From: Candidatus Acidiferrales bacterium
GTDB taxonomy: Bacteria; Acidobacteriota; Terriglobia; Acidiferrales; UBA7541
Assembly (NCBI GenBank): GCA_035279445.1
Contig: DATEHV010000008.1
Span: 6,525-70,524 of the forward strand
Direction of reading: 5' to 3'
DNA: 64,000 bases
Position numbers and translations under genes: made by a program. The notes below the pieces were generated by a model. That model was not told where the DNA came from, did not search any database, and saw only the letters and a list, made by a program, of their open reading frames with translations. The stretch's first letter is position 1. Each line of letters starts with the position of its first letter. This document shows, one piece after another, positions 54,436 to 62,450 of this stretch.

Positions 54436-54680
54436 CCCGCGTTTTTCAGTTTCAGGCGCGACTTATTTTCCTCGAGGAAACCGCGAAGATCGTCCGATCG
54501 GTCGAGCAGGCGAATCCACTGCTCGTAGTAGAGGGTCACCGGGAATCGCCCCAGACCGTACACGCTGACTCCGCCCTTTTCACCCACGCGAAATTCGAGG
54601 CTGCCCCTCGGCCTCGCGCCGCTCTGTTTCTCGAGTTCCGCGATGCGCGCCAGCAATTCTTCCTTGGTTGGTTCCGGCAT
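54432..54680 (-). CDS. Small hypothetical protein (82 aa)
   Basis: ATG at 54680 with a GGAGAGAG RBS. N-terminal helix (EELLARIAELEK) plus a beta-rich part (GGVSVYGLGRFPVTLYYEQW). Its stop overlaps the etfA stop (convergent). Confidence 0.5.
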   Translation of the reverse strand: MPEPTKEELLARIAELEKQSGARPRGSLEFRVGEKGGVSVYGLGRFPVTLYYEQWIRLLDRSDDLRGFLEENKSRLKLKNAG

Positions 54681-54801
54681 AATCTCTCTCCAGGAATTCT
54701 CTGAAGAAATCATACCAGAGAACCGAACCTCACCGCCCCGGGAGCTTGGGGCACACGCCGGCGCAGGAATCGCCGAATCAGTTCGCTGTGAGGTCGCCGC
54801 G

Positions 54802-55536
54802 CTAGTCGCGAAACACGAATTCCAGCTCGATGCCTGCCACGGCGATGACGTCGCCCGCGGAGAGTTTTGTAGGGTGTGCGATTGGCACGCCGTTGACGCT
54901 CGGAGTTTTGTCCGCCGCGCCCACGTAATAGGAGTTATCTTCGCGGCGGTTGATTTGCGCAGCGGCTTTCGGCGCGAACCAGCCCTTGAGTTTCACGGTG
55001 GCCAGCGCGGATTTCCCCACGACCGTCAGTTTGTTATTGAGAGCGTATTCCCGCTGATCGGTTCTGCCTTTTCGCACTACGAGTGTGGGCACTTTCAACC
55101 GCGCCGGAGCCACTTGCGAACTCTCGCCGACCGACGCGACCTTCTGGAGAAACTCGCGGCGCTCTTTTGTATCCAGCATGACCGTTTCGTTGATTTTCGG
55201 CGCGGGCGCGCGCGAGCCGCCGTTTGCGGGGGCGAAGCCGTCGAGTTCCTTGGACTCAGAGACCACGATGGTGTGCTTGCCGATGCCGACGGAGTCTCCC
55301 GGTTTCAGCGTCACCATCTTCACGCGCTGCCCGTTGACGAACGTCCCGTTCATGCTGCCGAAGTCCTCCAGCATCAAGCGCCCCTCTTCGTTGAACACGC
55401 GGGCGTGATAGTGCGAAACCGCCGGATTGTCGATCACCAGCGCGTTCTCGGGAGAACGCCCGATGCTGACCTCCTTCGTCCCGACCGATACTTCGCTCAA
55501 CACCGAGTTCTCGAATTTCAGCACGAGCTTTGGCAT
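54802..55536 (-). CDS. Double FHA-domain protein
   Basis: The N-terminal FHA is VSIGRSPENALVIDNPAVSHYHARV...GSMNGTFVNG. A second, more divergent FHA-like unit lies in the C-terminal half (LTVVGKS...NGVPI). Confidence 0.85.
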   Translation of the reverse strand: MPKLVLKFENSVLSEVSVGTKEVSIGRSPENALVIDNPAVSHYHARVFNEEGRLMLEDFGSMNGTFVNGQRVKMVTLKPGDSVGIGKHTIVVSESKELDGFAPANGGSRAPAPKINETVMLDTKERREFLQKVASVGESSQVAPARLKVPTLVVRKGRTDQREYALNNKLTVVGKSALATVKLKGWFAPKAAAQINRREDNSYYVGAADKTPSVNGVPIAHPTKLSAGDVIAVAGIELEFVFRD

Positions 55537-55594
55537 CTGCGTCCTCCGCCGAAAATCAAATCCAGAATCCGAAAATGGCCTTTTCGTTTCTTCC

Positions 55595-56419
55595 CTACAC
55601 CGAATCCTTGAACCATTTGCCCAGGCGGCCGATCCGCGCGAACGCGCCGACCAGCTTCGGCGCGCGGCGCAGCACGATGGTCGTGATGTTGTCTCCGCCT
55701 CCCGCCTGCTTCGCGAGATCGATCAGGCGGTCGGCGGCCTCCTGCGCGTCGTCGCTCTCGGCGAGAACCGCGGCTACCTGCGCGTCCGTAAGCTCGCGCG
55801 TGAGTCCGTCGGTGCAGAGCAGCACCGTGTCGCCTTCCATCACAAGTTCTTCGCTCACGTCCACGTCCACTTCCGGTTCGATGCCCAGCGCACGGATCAG
55901 CACGCTCTGCAGCGCGCTGCTGCCCGCTTCCTGCTCGGTCATCCTTCCCCGGCGCATTTGCTCGGCGACGAATGAATGATCCTGAGTGAGCTGCTCGAGC
56001 TCGTCGCCGCGCAGGCGATAGGCCCGGCTGTCTCCGACGTGGACCAGGCTCATCCGCTCGCCGTCGAAGCGAACCGCTACCACCGTGGCGCCCATCCGTT
56101 GTTCGGCGCCGTCATGCTTCGCCGCATCGTGGACCACTTCGTTCGCCAGTCGCGCGGCGCTCGCCAGGCGGTTCGAAATCCCGGAAACTCCCTCGATGCG
56201 CTGGCCATGCAGGGGCAGCGACGGATTCGCTTCGGCTTCGCGGCAGTGCGCGAGCACTGTTTCGACAGCGAGACGGCTTGCTACCTCGCCCGACGCCAGC
56301 CCGCCCATGCCGTCCGAGAGGACGAAGAGATTCATCTCCGGGGCCACACGAAAGCTGTCCTCGTTGTTCCCGCGGACACAGCCCGTGTCGCTCTGCGCTC
56401 CGAATTCCATCTCCCTCAC
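55595..56419 (-). CDS. PP2C-family Ser/Thr protein phosphatase
   Basis: SDTGCVRGNNEDSF, FVLSDGMGG, LLCTDGL and GGGDNITTIVL motifs. Confidence 0.9.
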   Translation of the reverse strand: MREMEFGAQSDTGCVRGNNEDSFRVAPEMNLFVLSDGMGGLASGEVASRLAVETVLAHCREAEANPSLPLHGQRIEGVSGISNRLASAARLANEVVHDAAKHDGAEQRMGATVVAVRFDGERMSLVHVGDSRAYRLRGDELEQLTQDHSFVAEQMRRGRMTEQEAGSSALQSVLIRALGIEPEVDVDVSEELVMEGDTVLLCTDGLTRELTDAQVAAVLAESDDAQEAADRLIDLAKQAGGGDNITTIVLRRAPKLVGAFARIGRLGKWFKDSV

Positions 56420-56486
56420 CGTTGGTGTTTCTCGGTTGTAAGTGCGCGCCGTCCGATCTGCGCATCCCAGCGCGCAGGCCTCACTC

Positions 56487-58244
56487 CTAATTCGAACCCG
56501 GGCGCTGATTTCCCAGCGGATTTTTCACCAAGCGAACGTTGGGAAAACCCTGTGCCTTGAGCCAGTCCATCGCGCTTTCGACGCGTTCCGGGCCGAACGG
56601 GCCGGTGAGCACCACGAAGAATTCTCCCTTGTCGTTGTGTCGCGGGATCACCACCACGGGCAACCCGAGATCTTCGATTTTCTTCGCCGTGATCTGCGCG
56701 CGGTCCTCGCGTTCGAATCGGCCGATCCACAGGTAACTTGGCGTGTGGTCGTTCACGGGCGGCACAGCGACAGGCTCGGTTTCGCCGAATGCCTTGTCAG
56801 CTCGCCGCTGCACTTCCTGAGGCGCAACGCCCTGCCGGGGCGCGGGCGACGGATTCTTCGCAGGCGCAGCTGCTCGCGGCGCTGCGTTCGCCAGTGCACG
56901 TTTGGATGGCTTCAACACTTGGGGCTGTGGCGGCGGCGCGGGTTTCGCCACGGCGGGCGCAGTCGCCTCAGGTTTCGATTCGACCGGCGCAGCGGCAACG
57001 GGTTCGGGCTGCGCGGCCGGGATTGCAAGCGCGAAGTCGGGCGGCACCGGCGCCGGAGATTGCGCCGGCGGAGATAGGTTCTCGGCGGACTGCATGACCT
57101 GCTCGGCGCGCAATCCCGCGTAGGCCGCGCCGACGAGCAACACTCCCAGCAGGACCCACACCAGGGGCGAAGGGCGGTTCGGCTCTGGCGCGAGGAGCAC
57201 AGGCGGCGCTGCCAGCGTGGCGTGGCTCGAATAGGTTGGTGCGACGGCGGCCGGGGCCGGCAGGGCGGCCATCGTTCCGGTGGCGCGCAGAGCCGTTTCG
57301 AGTTCGCCGATTGATTGAAAACGCCTCGCTGGTTCCTTCTCTAGGCACTTCAGAATCGCGCGCTCGATCGAGACGGGCACCGTTGGCTCGATCTCGTGAG
57401 GCGGCGTCGGCGATTCCCGCATTTGCTTCAGTGCGATCGCGACGGCATTGTCGGCCTGAAACGCCGGCACTCCGGTAAAGACCTCATACATGATCAGGCC
57501 GAGCGAATAAACGTCGGTGCGGTAGTCCACCGATTTTCCAGCCACCTGTTCGGGAGCCATGTACGCCGGGGTGCCCACCATCGAGCCGGTGAGCCGCGTC
57601 ATCGCCTCCATCGAACGCGCGATCCCGAAATCCATGATCTTCACGTTGCCCTGCGCGTCGAGCATCACGTTCTCGGGTTTCAGATCGCGATGGACGATTC
57701 CCTGTGCGTGCGCTTCCTGCAGGCCGGAGCAGATCTGTCCCACCAGGTCGATTGCCTTGCGCGGCGGGAGGCCGCCGAAGCGGTTCAGCACCGAGCGCAG
57801 GCTATCGCCCTCCACGAATTCCATGGATGTGTAGGCGACTCCGTTGATGCGGTTGAACTCGTGTACGCGGCATACGTTTTTGTGCGTGATTTTTCGCGCG
57901 AAAAGGAGCTCGTTCTTGAACCGGTCCATCATCGACTGATCGGACGCGATTTCTGGCTTCAGGAGCTTGAGGGCGACCGTTTCGCCCGTCTCGCGATCCC
58001 GCGCCTTGTAGACGTTGCCCATGCTTCCGTGTCCTGCCTCGGAGAGAATGTCGTAGCGCTGCGACAGCGCTGCCAGGGCCGTGGAGCTGAGGTGCGGCGT
58101 AGAGGTGGGCGCGGCCGCCGGCTGGGTGATCAGCGCCGAAGCCTCCGGAACGTCGCTCAGGAGGAGCGTCTTCTGGTTCTCGACCGGGCCGCGTGCGTCG
58201 TCCGGAGGCGGAAAACCAGAGCTCGGATTATTCGTTTTGGCCAT
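56487..58244 (-). CDS. Hanks-type Ser/Thr protein kinase with TM helix and extracytoplasmic C-terminal SPOR domain
   Basis: Kinase motifs GHGSMGNVYKA, VALK, HRDLKPEN, DFGIA and GTPAYMAPE. TM helix LVWVLLGVLLVGAAYAGL, a Pro/Ala-rich linker, and a C-terminal SPOR-like YLWIGRFEREDRA...FFVVLTGPFG.... Confidence 0.9.
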   Translation of the reverse strand: MAKTNNPSSGFPPPDDARGPVENQKTLLLSDVPEASALITQPAAAPTSTPHLSSTALAALSQRYDILSEAGHGSMGNVYKARDRETGETVALKLLKPEIASDQSMMDRFKNELLFARKITHKNVCRVHEFNRINGVAYTSMEFVEGDSLRSVLNRFGGLPPRKAIDLVGQICSGLQEAHAQGIVHRDLKPENVMLDAQGNVKIMDFGIARSMEAMTRLTGSMVGTPAYMAPEQVAGKSVDYRTDVYSLGLIMYEVFTGVPAFQADNAVAIALKQMRESPTPPHEIEPTVPVSIERAILKCLEKEPARRFQSIGELETALRATGTMAALPAPAAVAPTYSSHATLAAPPVLLAPEPNRPSPLVWVLLGVLLVGAAYAGLRAEQVMQSAENLSPPAQSPAPVPPDFALAIPAAQPEPVAAAPVESKPEATAPAVAKPAPPPQPQVLKPSKRALANAAPRAAAPAKNPSPAPRQGVAPQEVQRRADKAFGETEPVAVPPVNDHTPSYLWIGRFEREDRAQITAKKIEDLGLPVVVIPRHNDKGEFFVVLTGPFGPERVESAMDWLKAQGFPNVRLVKNPLGNQRPGSN

Positions 58245-58467
58245 AATTCGACCTCTTTAGGATAGGCGAAAAACCCCATGCAAGGGACGGATCGCGGGCC
58301 GCGTGTGAGGAAAGAGTATCCTGTACCACCGGCCTAAGAGGCTGTTGAGCAAAGATTTGCGCCGCGATTCCGGCCCGCGCCTGCGAAGGGTGACTTGAGA
58401 ATTGTCTTGCCCGGTGGAATCGCTGATATCAGAATGAACCGTTCCGTCGGCTGAGTCGCAAGTATCT

Positions 58468-59838
58468 GTGTATCGGGGGATTCCGTTGAAGCTTTCCGTG
58501 ATCGGCACCGGCTACGTGGGCCTGGTGACTGGAGCTTGCCTGGCGGAAATAGGACACCACGTGGTGTGCACGGACAACGATGCGGAGAAAATACAGGCGC
58601 TCGAATCCGGCAAAATTCCCATCTACGAGCCCGGGCTGGAAAGCGTAATTCCCAAAGTTCGCAAAGAGGGCCGGCTCAGTTTTCGCGCGAATCCGGCGGA
58701 CGCGATTGGCTCGGGCGACGCGATTTTTATCTGCGTGGGCACGCCCCCGTTGCCGAATGGGGACGCGGACCTCAGCGCGATCGATCACGTCGCGCGCATC
58801 GTGGCGACCGAAGCGAAATCTCCCAAGCTGGTGATCGAGAAGAGCACCGTGCCGGCGCGAACGGGGCAGGAGCTGAAGCGCGCGCTTTCGGTCTATGCCC
58901 GGAAGACGAACGTGACGTTTCGAGTGGCTTCGAACCCCGAATTCCTGCGCGAGGGAACGGCCGTCGGCGATTTCCTGCATCCCGATCGGATCGTCGTAGG
59001 CGTCGAGGATGAAACGGCCGAGCGCCAGCTCAAGGAGATTTATCAGCCCATCCTGGATCGCGCGTTCAATTGCCCCGTTCATGCGCAGGCGTGCCCGGAT
59101 GCCCCGGCGCCTGCGTGGCTCGTGACCACGATCAACAGCGCCGAGCTGATCAAGCATGCGTCGAATTCCTTCCTCGCGCTGAAGATTTCCTACGCGAACA
59201 TGGTGGCCGATCTCGCCGAGCGGCTGGGCGCCGATATCGGAGAAGTGGTCCGCGCCATCGGGATGGACCCGCGCATCGGGCCGAGCTTTCTTTCTGCCGG
59301 TTTGGGTTTCGGCGGATTCTGCCTACCGAAGGACCTGCAGGCCTTCGTGCATCTTGCGGAGCGTTCCGGCGTGGATTTTTCGATGCTGCGGGAGGCGGAG
59401 AAGATCAACAAGCGGCGCATCGAACGTTTTTTCGAGAAGATGCGCGCGGCGCTCTGGGTGGTTCGCGGCAAGCAGATCGGAGTGCTCGGCCTCGCCTTCA
59501 AACCGAACACGGACGACATTCGCTTCGCCCCGGCGATCGACTTGATCGGCCTGCTCCTCGCCGAAGGCGCCCGCGTGCGCGCCTACGATCCCGCGGCCAT
59601 GGAAAAAGCCCGCGCCGTGCTGCCGCAGGTCGAATACGCGAAGTCTCCCTACGAAGCCGCGGAGAATGCCGAAGCGCTGCTGATCGCCACGGAATGGGAC
59701 GAGTTCCGAAAGCTCGATTGGAGCCGCCTGCGGGACGCGATGGCGCGACCGCTCGTCTTCGATGGGCGCAACCTGCTCTCGCCCCGCGAAATGAAAGATC
59801 GCGGCTTCGAGTATCGTTCCTTCGGCCGGCCAGATTGA
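58468..59838 (+). CDS. ugd: UDP-glucose 6-dehydrogenase
   Basis: KLSVIGTGYVGLVTGACLAE, and GFGGFCLPKD (catalytic Cys). The start may instead be TTG at 58486. Confidence 0.9.
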   Translation: MYRGIPLKLSVIGTGYVGLVTGACLAEIGHHVVCTDNDAEKIQALESGKIPIYEPGLESVIPKVRKEGRLSFRANPADAIGSGDAIFICVGTPPLPNGDADLSAIDHVARIVATEAKSPKLVIEKSTVPARTGQELKRALSVYARKTNVTFRVASNPEFLREGTAVGDFLHPDRIVVGVEDETAERQLKEIYQPILDRAFNCPVHAQACPDAPAPAWLVTTINSAELIKHASNSFLALKISYANMVADLAERLGADIGEVVRAIGMDPRIGPSFLSAGLGFGGFCLPKDLQAFVHLAERSGVDFSMLREAEKINKRRIERFFEKMRAALWVVRGKQIGVLGLAFKPNTDDIRFAPAIDLIGLLLAEGARVRAYDPAAMEKARAVLPQVEYAKSPYEAAENAEALLIATEWDEFRKLDWSRLRDAMARPLVFDGRNLLSPREMKDRGFEYRSFGRPD

Positions 59839-59868
59839 AATTCACGCAGGCAAGAAAAGCTGCGGCAC

Positions 59869-60819
59869 TCAGCCCGCGCTGCTTGCCGACGCAATCTGCT
59901 GCCGGAAAAAATCGTAGGTAAGCCGCAAGCCCTCTTCCAATTTAACTTTCGGCTCCCAATGCAAGATTTGGCGGGCCTTCGTGATGTCGGGACAGCGCTG
60001 CTTGGGATCGTCCTGCGGGAGCGGGCGAAGCACAATTGGCACATCGGCGCCGACGAGCGCGCGCACGCGCTCCGCGAACTCGAGAATCGTGATCTCCTGC
60101 GGATTGCCGATGTTCACCGGCTCGTGTTCGTCCGATTCGAGCAAACGGTAGATGCCTTCGACCAAATCCGAAACGTAACAAAAACTCCGGGTCTGCTTTC
60201 CGTCGCCGTAAACGGTGATGGGCTCGCCGACGAGCGCCTGATAGAGAAAATTCGGAAGCGCCCGGCCGTCGTTGAGGCGCATGCGGGGTCCATAGGTGTT
60301 GAAGATGCGCACGATGTGCGTATCGAGGCCGTGGTAGCGGTGATAGGCCATGGTGATTGCTTCCGCGAATCTCTTGGCCTCGTCGTACACACCGCGGGGC
60401 CCGATCGGATTCACGTGTCCCCAGTACGTCTCCGGCTGCGGGCTTACTTCGGGGTCGCCGTAACATTCCGACGTGGAGGCCTGAAGAAATTTTGCCTTTT
60501 TCGCCATCGCCAGGCCCAGCGCATTGTGGGTCCCGAGCGCTCCGACTTTCAGTGTCTGGATCGGGAATTTCAGATAGTCGGGAGGGCTTGCCGGCGAAGC
60601 GAAGTGGAGCACGGCATCCACAGGTCCCTCAACCTCGATGTATTTCGAAACGTCCTGCCGGGCGAACGTGAATCGCGGGTGCGAGAGCAGATGGCTGACA
60701 TTCGAATCGGCGCCGGTGACAAGATTGTCGAGGCAAAAAACGTCCCAGCCCTTCGCGATGAAGAAATCGCAGAGGTGGGAACCCAGGAAACCCGCTCCGC
60801 CTGTTATGACCGCGCGCAA
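59869..60819 (-). CDS. uxs: UDP-glucuronate decarboxylase (UDP-xylose synthase), SDR family
   Basis: [24 protein letters not shown], and YDEAKR (YxxxK). 316 aa. Confidence 0.88.
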   Translation of the reverse strand: MRAVITGGAGFLGSHLCDFFIAKGWDVFCLDNLVTGADSNVSHLLSHPRFTFARQDVSKYIEVEGPVDAVLHFASPASPPDYLKFPIQTLKVGALGTHNALGLAMAKKAKFLQASTSECYGDPEVSPQPETYWGHVNPIGPRGVYDEAKRFAEAITMAYHRYHGLDTHIVRIFNTYGPRMRLNDGRALPNFLYQALVGEPITVYGDGKQTRSFCYVSDLVEGIYRLLESDEHEPVNIGNPQEITILEFAERVRALVGADVPIVLRPLPQDDPKQRCPDITKARQILHWEPKVKLEEGLRLTYDFFRQQIASASSAG

Positions 60820-60954
60820 GTTTGTTTGTCCGCTCCTTCGAGGATTTGTTTGCCGAGCGCCGGATTCATTATGTACGAAATCGACGCTGAGACGAAGGGT
60901 TCGGAAATGACTCCTGGCCGCGAGGGTTACGCCGGCAGGCAGCCCACTTCGAGC

Positions 60955-61054
60955 AAAATGCGCCCGCCTAAAAGGCGGCCGCTACAAAGGCAAACGCAAA
61001 GGCAAGAGCAAAAGCAAGAGCAAAAGCAAAAGCAAAAGCAAAAGCGGATCCCTC
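60955..61054 (+). repeat. Repeat-family element, copy A (core + expanded GCAARA hexamer tract)
   Basis: AAAATGCGCCCGCCTAAAAGGCGGCCGCTACAAAGGCAAACGCAAAGGCA + hexamers + GGATCCCTC. Near-identical core at 61960-62006. Confidence 0.85.
60990..61043 (+). repeat. Hexanucleotide-phased microsatellite (GCAANN)9, including 4 consecutive perfect GCAAAA units
   Basis: Read directly: gcaaac gcaaag gcaaga gcaaaa gcaaga gcaaaa gcaaaa gcaaaa gcaaaa. Confidence 0.9.
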
Positions 61055-61691
61055 GGCTTCCGTGCGCCGCTCGAAATTTCGATCCTGGCCGGGTCGAAAA
61101 GTGTGACACTTCGCGGGGGCCGCTTTCGTTTGTTTTGAACGAGTTACACGGTGATTTGATCGGCATGGTGTGACACTTCGTTTGTCGAGGTTCGAGACTG
61201 ATCGTTCGAGGCGAGGAGTGGGAATCCTGTCTGTGCGTTTGAATTGCGCGAGCGATGCTTAATCCAATGCCAAATCTTGCGAGAGCGAGCGACTTCGCCG
61301 GCTTGGTGGAGGCCTTTGAACCGTGTCGATTAGAAAAAGGGAGGGCGATGAGAGGCGATAGTCGCACCGTCAATTTTCAAAGAGCGTCCGGCCCTCGTTA
61401 AGAGGGCGGCAGTGGTCTCTCAGGGCCGGCTCGCCGCCGGCACCAGGAGCCATCCCAGGGGCTCGATTCCATAGCAGGGCCATTAAAGATCTCCCGAGCG
61501 CCTCTCACCGAGGCCTCGGGAGCCCTAATTGAAGCTATCACACGGCGCAAGTCCCCGCAGATTTGCGTACACCTCTAGCGATATGAGGGGAAGAGGCTTA
61601 GCTGAGGGTTGAGAGGCCGAAAAAGATGCGAATTCGGCGCGGGTGACAAGTGGGCGGGGAAGCCGTCTCTCTTGCACGGCGAAGCGGCTTA

Positions 61692-61745
61692 CCCGCCCCG
61701 CCTGAAGGCGGCTGCTACGAAGGCAAGTGCGAAAGCGAATCCCTC
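61692..61745 (+). repeat. Repeat-family element, copy C (unexpanded)
   Basis: CCCGCCCCGCCTGAAGGCGGCTGCTACGAAGGCAAGTGCGAAAGCGAATCCCTC has the same order of blocks as copies A and B, with only three GCNNNN hexamers. Confidence 0.7.
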
Positions 61746-61959
61746 GTCGATCGGACTGCGATCTCACTCGAGATGATAACGAAGGACAGAACCACGGTGT
61801 GGCAGCGGCGAAGTCCATCCCACCCTTCGCAAGACGCGCGAAGGATGGGCCACCCACAAAACCGTCTTGGGCGTTAAGCCGCGAGACGGCGAAGATGTTT
61901 GCCGGACACGTCACACCGCGCCCCCAAAAAGACGCCTGCGAGACGCCGGCGTCACGAAG

Positions 61960-62047
61960 AAAATGCGCCCGCCTAAAAGGCGGCCGCTACGAAAGCAAAC
62001 GCAAAGGCATAAGCATAAGCATAAGCATAAGCATAAGCAGATCCCTC
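61960..62047 (+). repeat. Repeat-family element, copy B (core + GCATAA tract)
   Basis: AAAATGCGCCCGCCTAAAAGGCGGCCGCTACGAAAGCAAACGCAAAGGCA + (GCATAA)5 + GCAGATCCCTC. The core has 2 mismatches to copy A. Confidence 0.85.
62007..62036 (+). repeat. Perfect hexanucleotide microsatellite (GCATAA)5
   Basis: Read directly. It sits at the position homologous to the GCAARA tract in copy A. Confidence 0.92.
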
Positions 62048-62165
62048 ACCGCCATCCGCCAACGGCGCGGGTGGGTTCGGGATGACCGCGAGGGGGAGGG
62101 CCAGCGCGACAAGGGCGAGAGTGAAGCGCACAGGCAGGATTGCCTGTGCCACGACAACGAATCTT

Positions 62166-62205
62166 GCCCGCCTGAAAGCAGCCGCTACGAAACCAACGGC
62201 GAACA
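62166..62205 (+). repeat. Repeat-family element, copy D (degenerate 5' half)
   Basis: GCCCGCCTGAAAGCAGCCGCTACGAAACCAACGGCGAACA aligns to the core CCGCCTGAAGGCGGCYGCTACGAA. Confidence 0.55.
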
Positions 62206-62283
62206 CCCACGCTGGCAAACCGAGCATGGGGCGCCCGGAAGACCCAAACGTCGAAGCCCGGGGCGCAAAGGGCGAGCTACGAC

Positions 62284-62327
62284 GGCAAATGCAAAAGCCG
62301 CGCACGAGCTTTCGCCTTGCATTTGCC
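62284..62327. other. Strong extended hairpin in the leader/promoter region of the Ig-like protein gene
   Basis: GGCAAATGCAA ... TTGCATTTGCC is a perfect 11-bp stem, with an inner AAGC/GCTT pairing. It lies 124 nt upstream of the ATG at 62451. Confidence 0.6.
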
Positions 62328-62450
62328 GCGGCTGGTTGCTTGATACGCCATAGCGGGCGGTCATTCTCGGTCGTGGGAGCCGATTTTTGTGCTCTAAATA
62401 ATAGAGGCGATTCACGGAAATCAAGAGGCGGGTGAATTCAAGGGGTGGAT

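Noticed and set aside
61458-61470. GGGGCTCGATTCC, resembling a tRNA T-arm, as part of a tRNA or tmRNA gene.
   Set aside because: I could not fold a matching acceptor stem, D-arm or anticodon arm in the flanks on either strand. No CCA or tmRNA tag-ORF features are present.
60990-62036. Hexamer tracts or repeat copies as a CRISPR array.
   Set aside because: The units are 6 bp tandem repeats without spacers. The ~45-bp elements are irregularly spaced (about 270-740 bp apart) and degenerate. No cas genes are in the window.
60927-62353. Track ORFs 60927-61373(-), 61650-61877(+), 61727-62353(+) and 61973-62305(-) as protein-coding genes.
   Set aside because: Their sequences are translations of the repeat family and microsatellites (for example FCFCFCFCSCFCSC, AYAYAYAYAFAFAF, ISISISISIS, QKQEQKQKQKQK). 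There are no RBS or start contexts, and the repeat copies fall in different frames.
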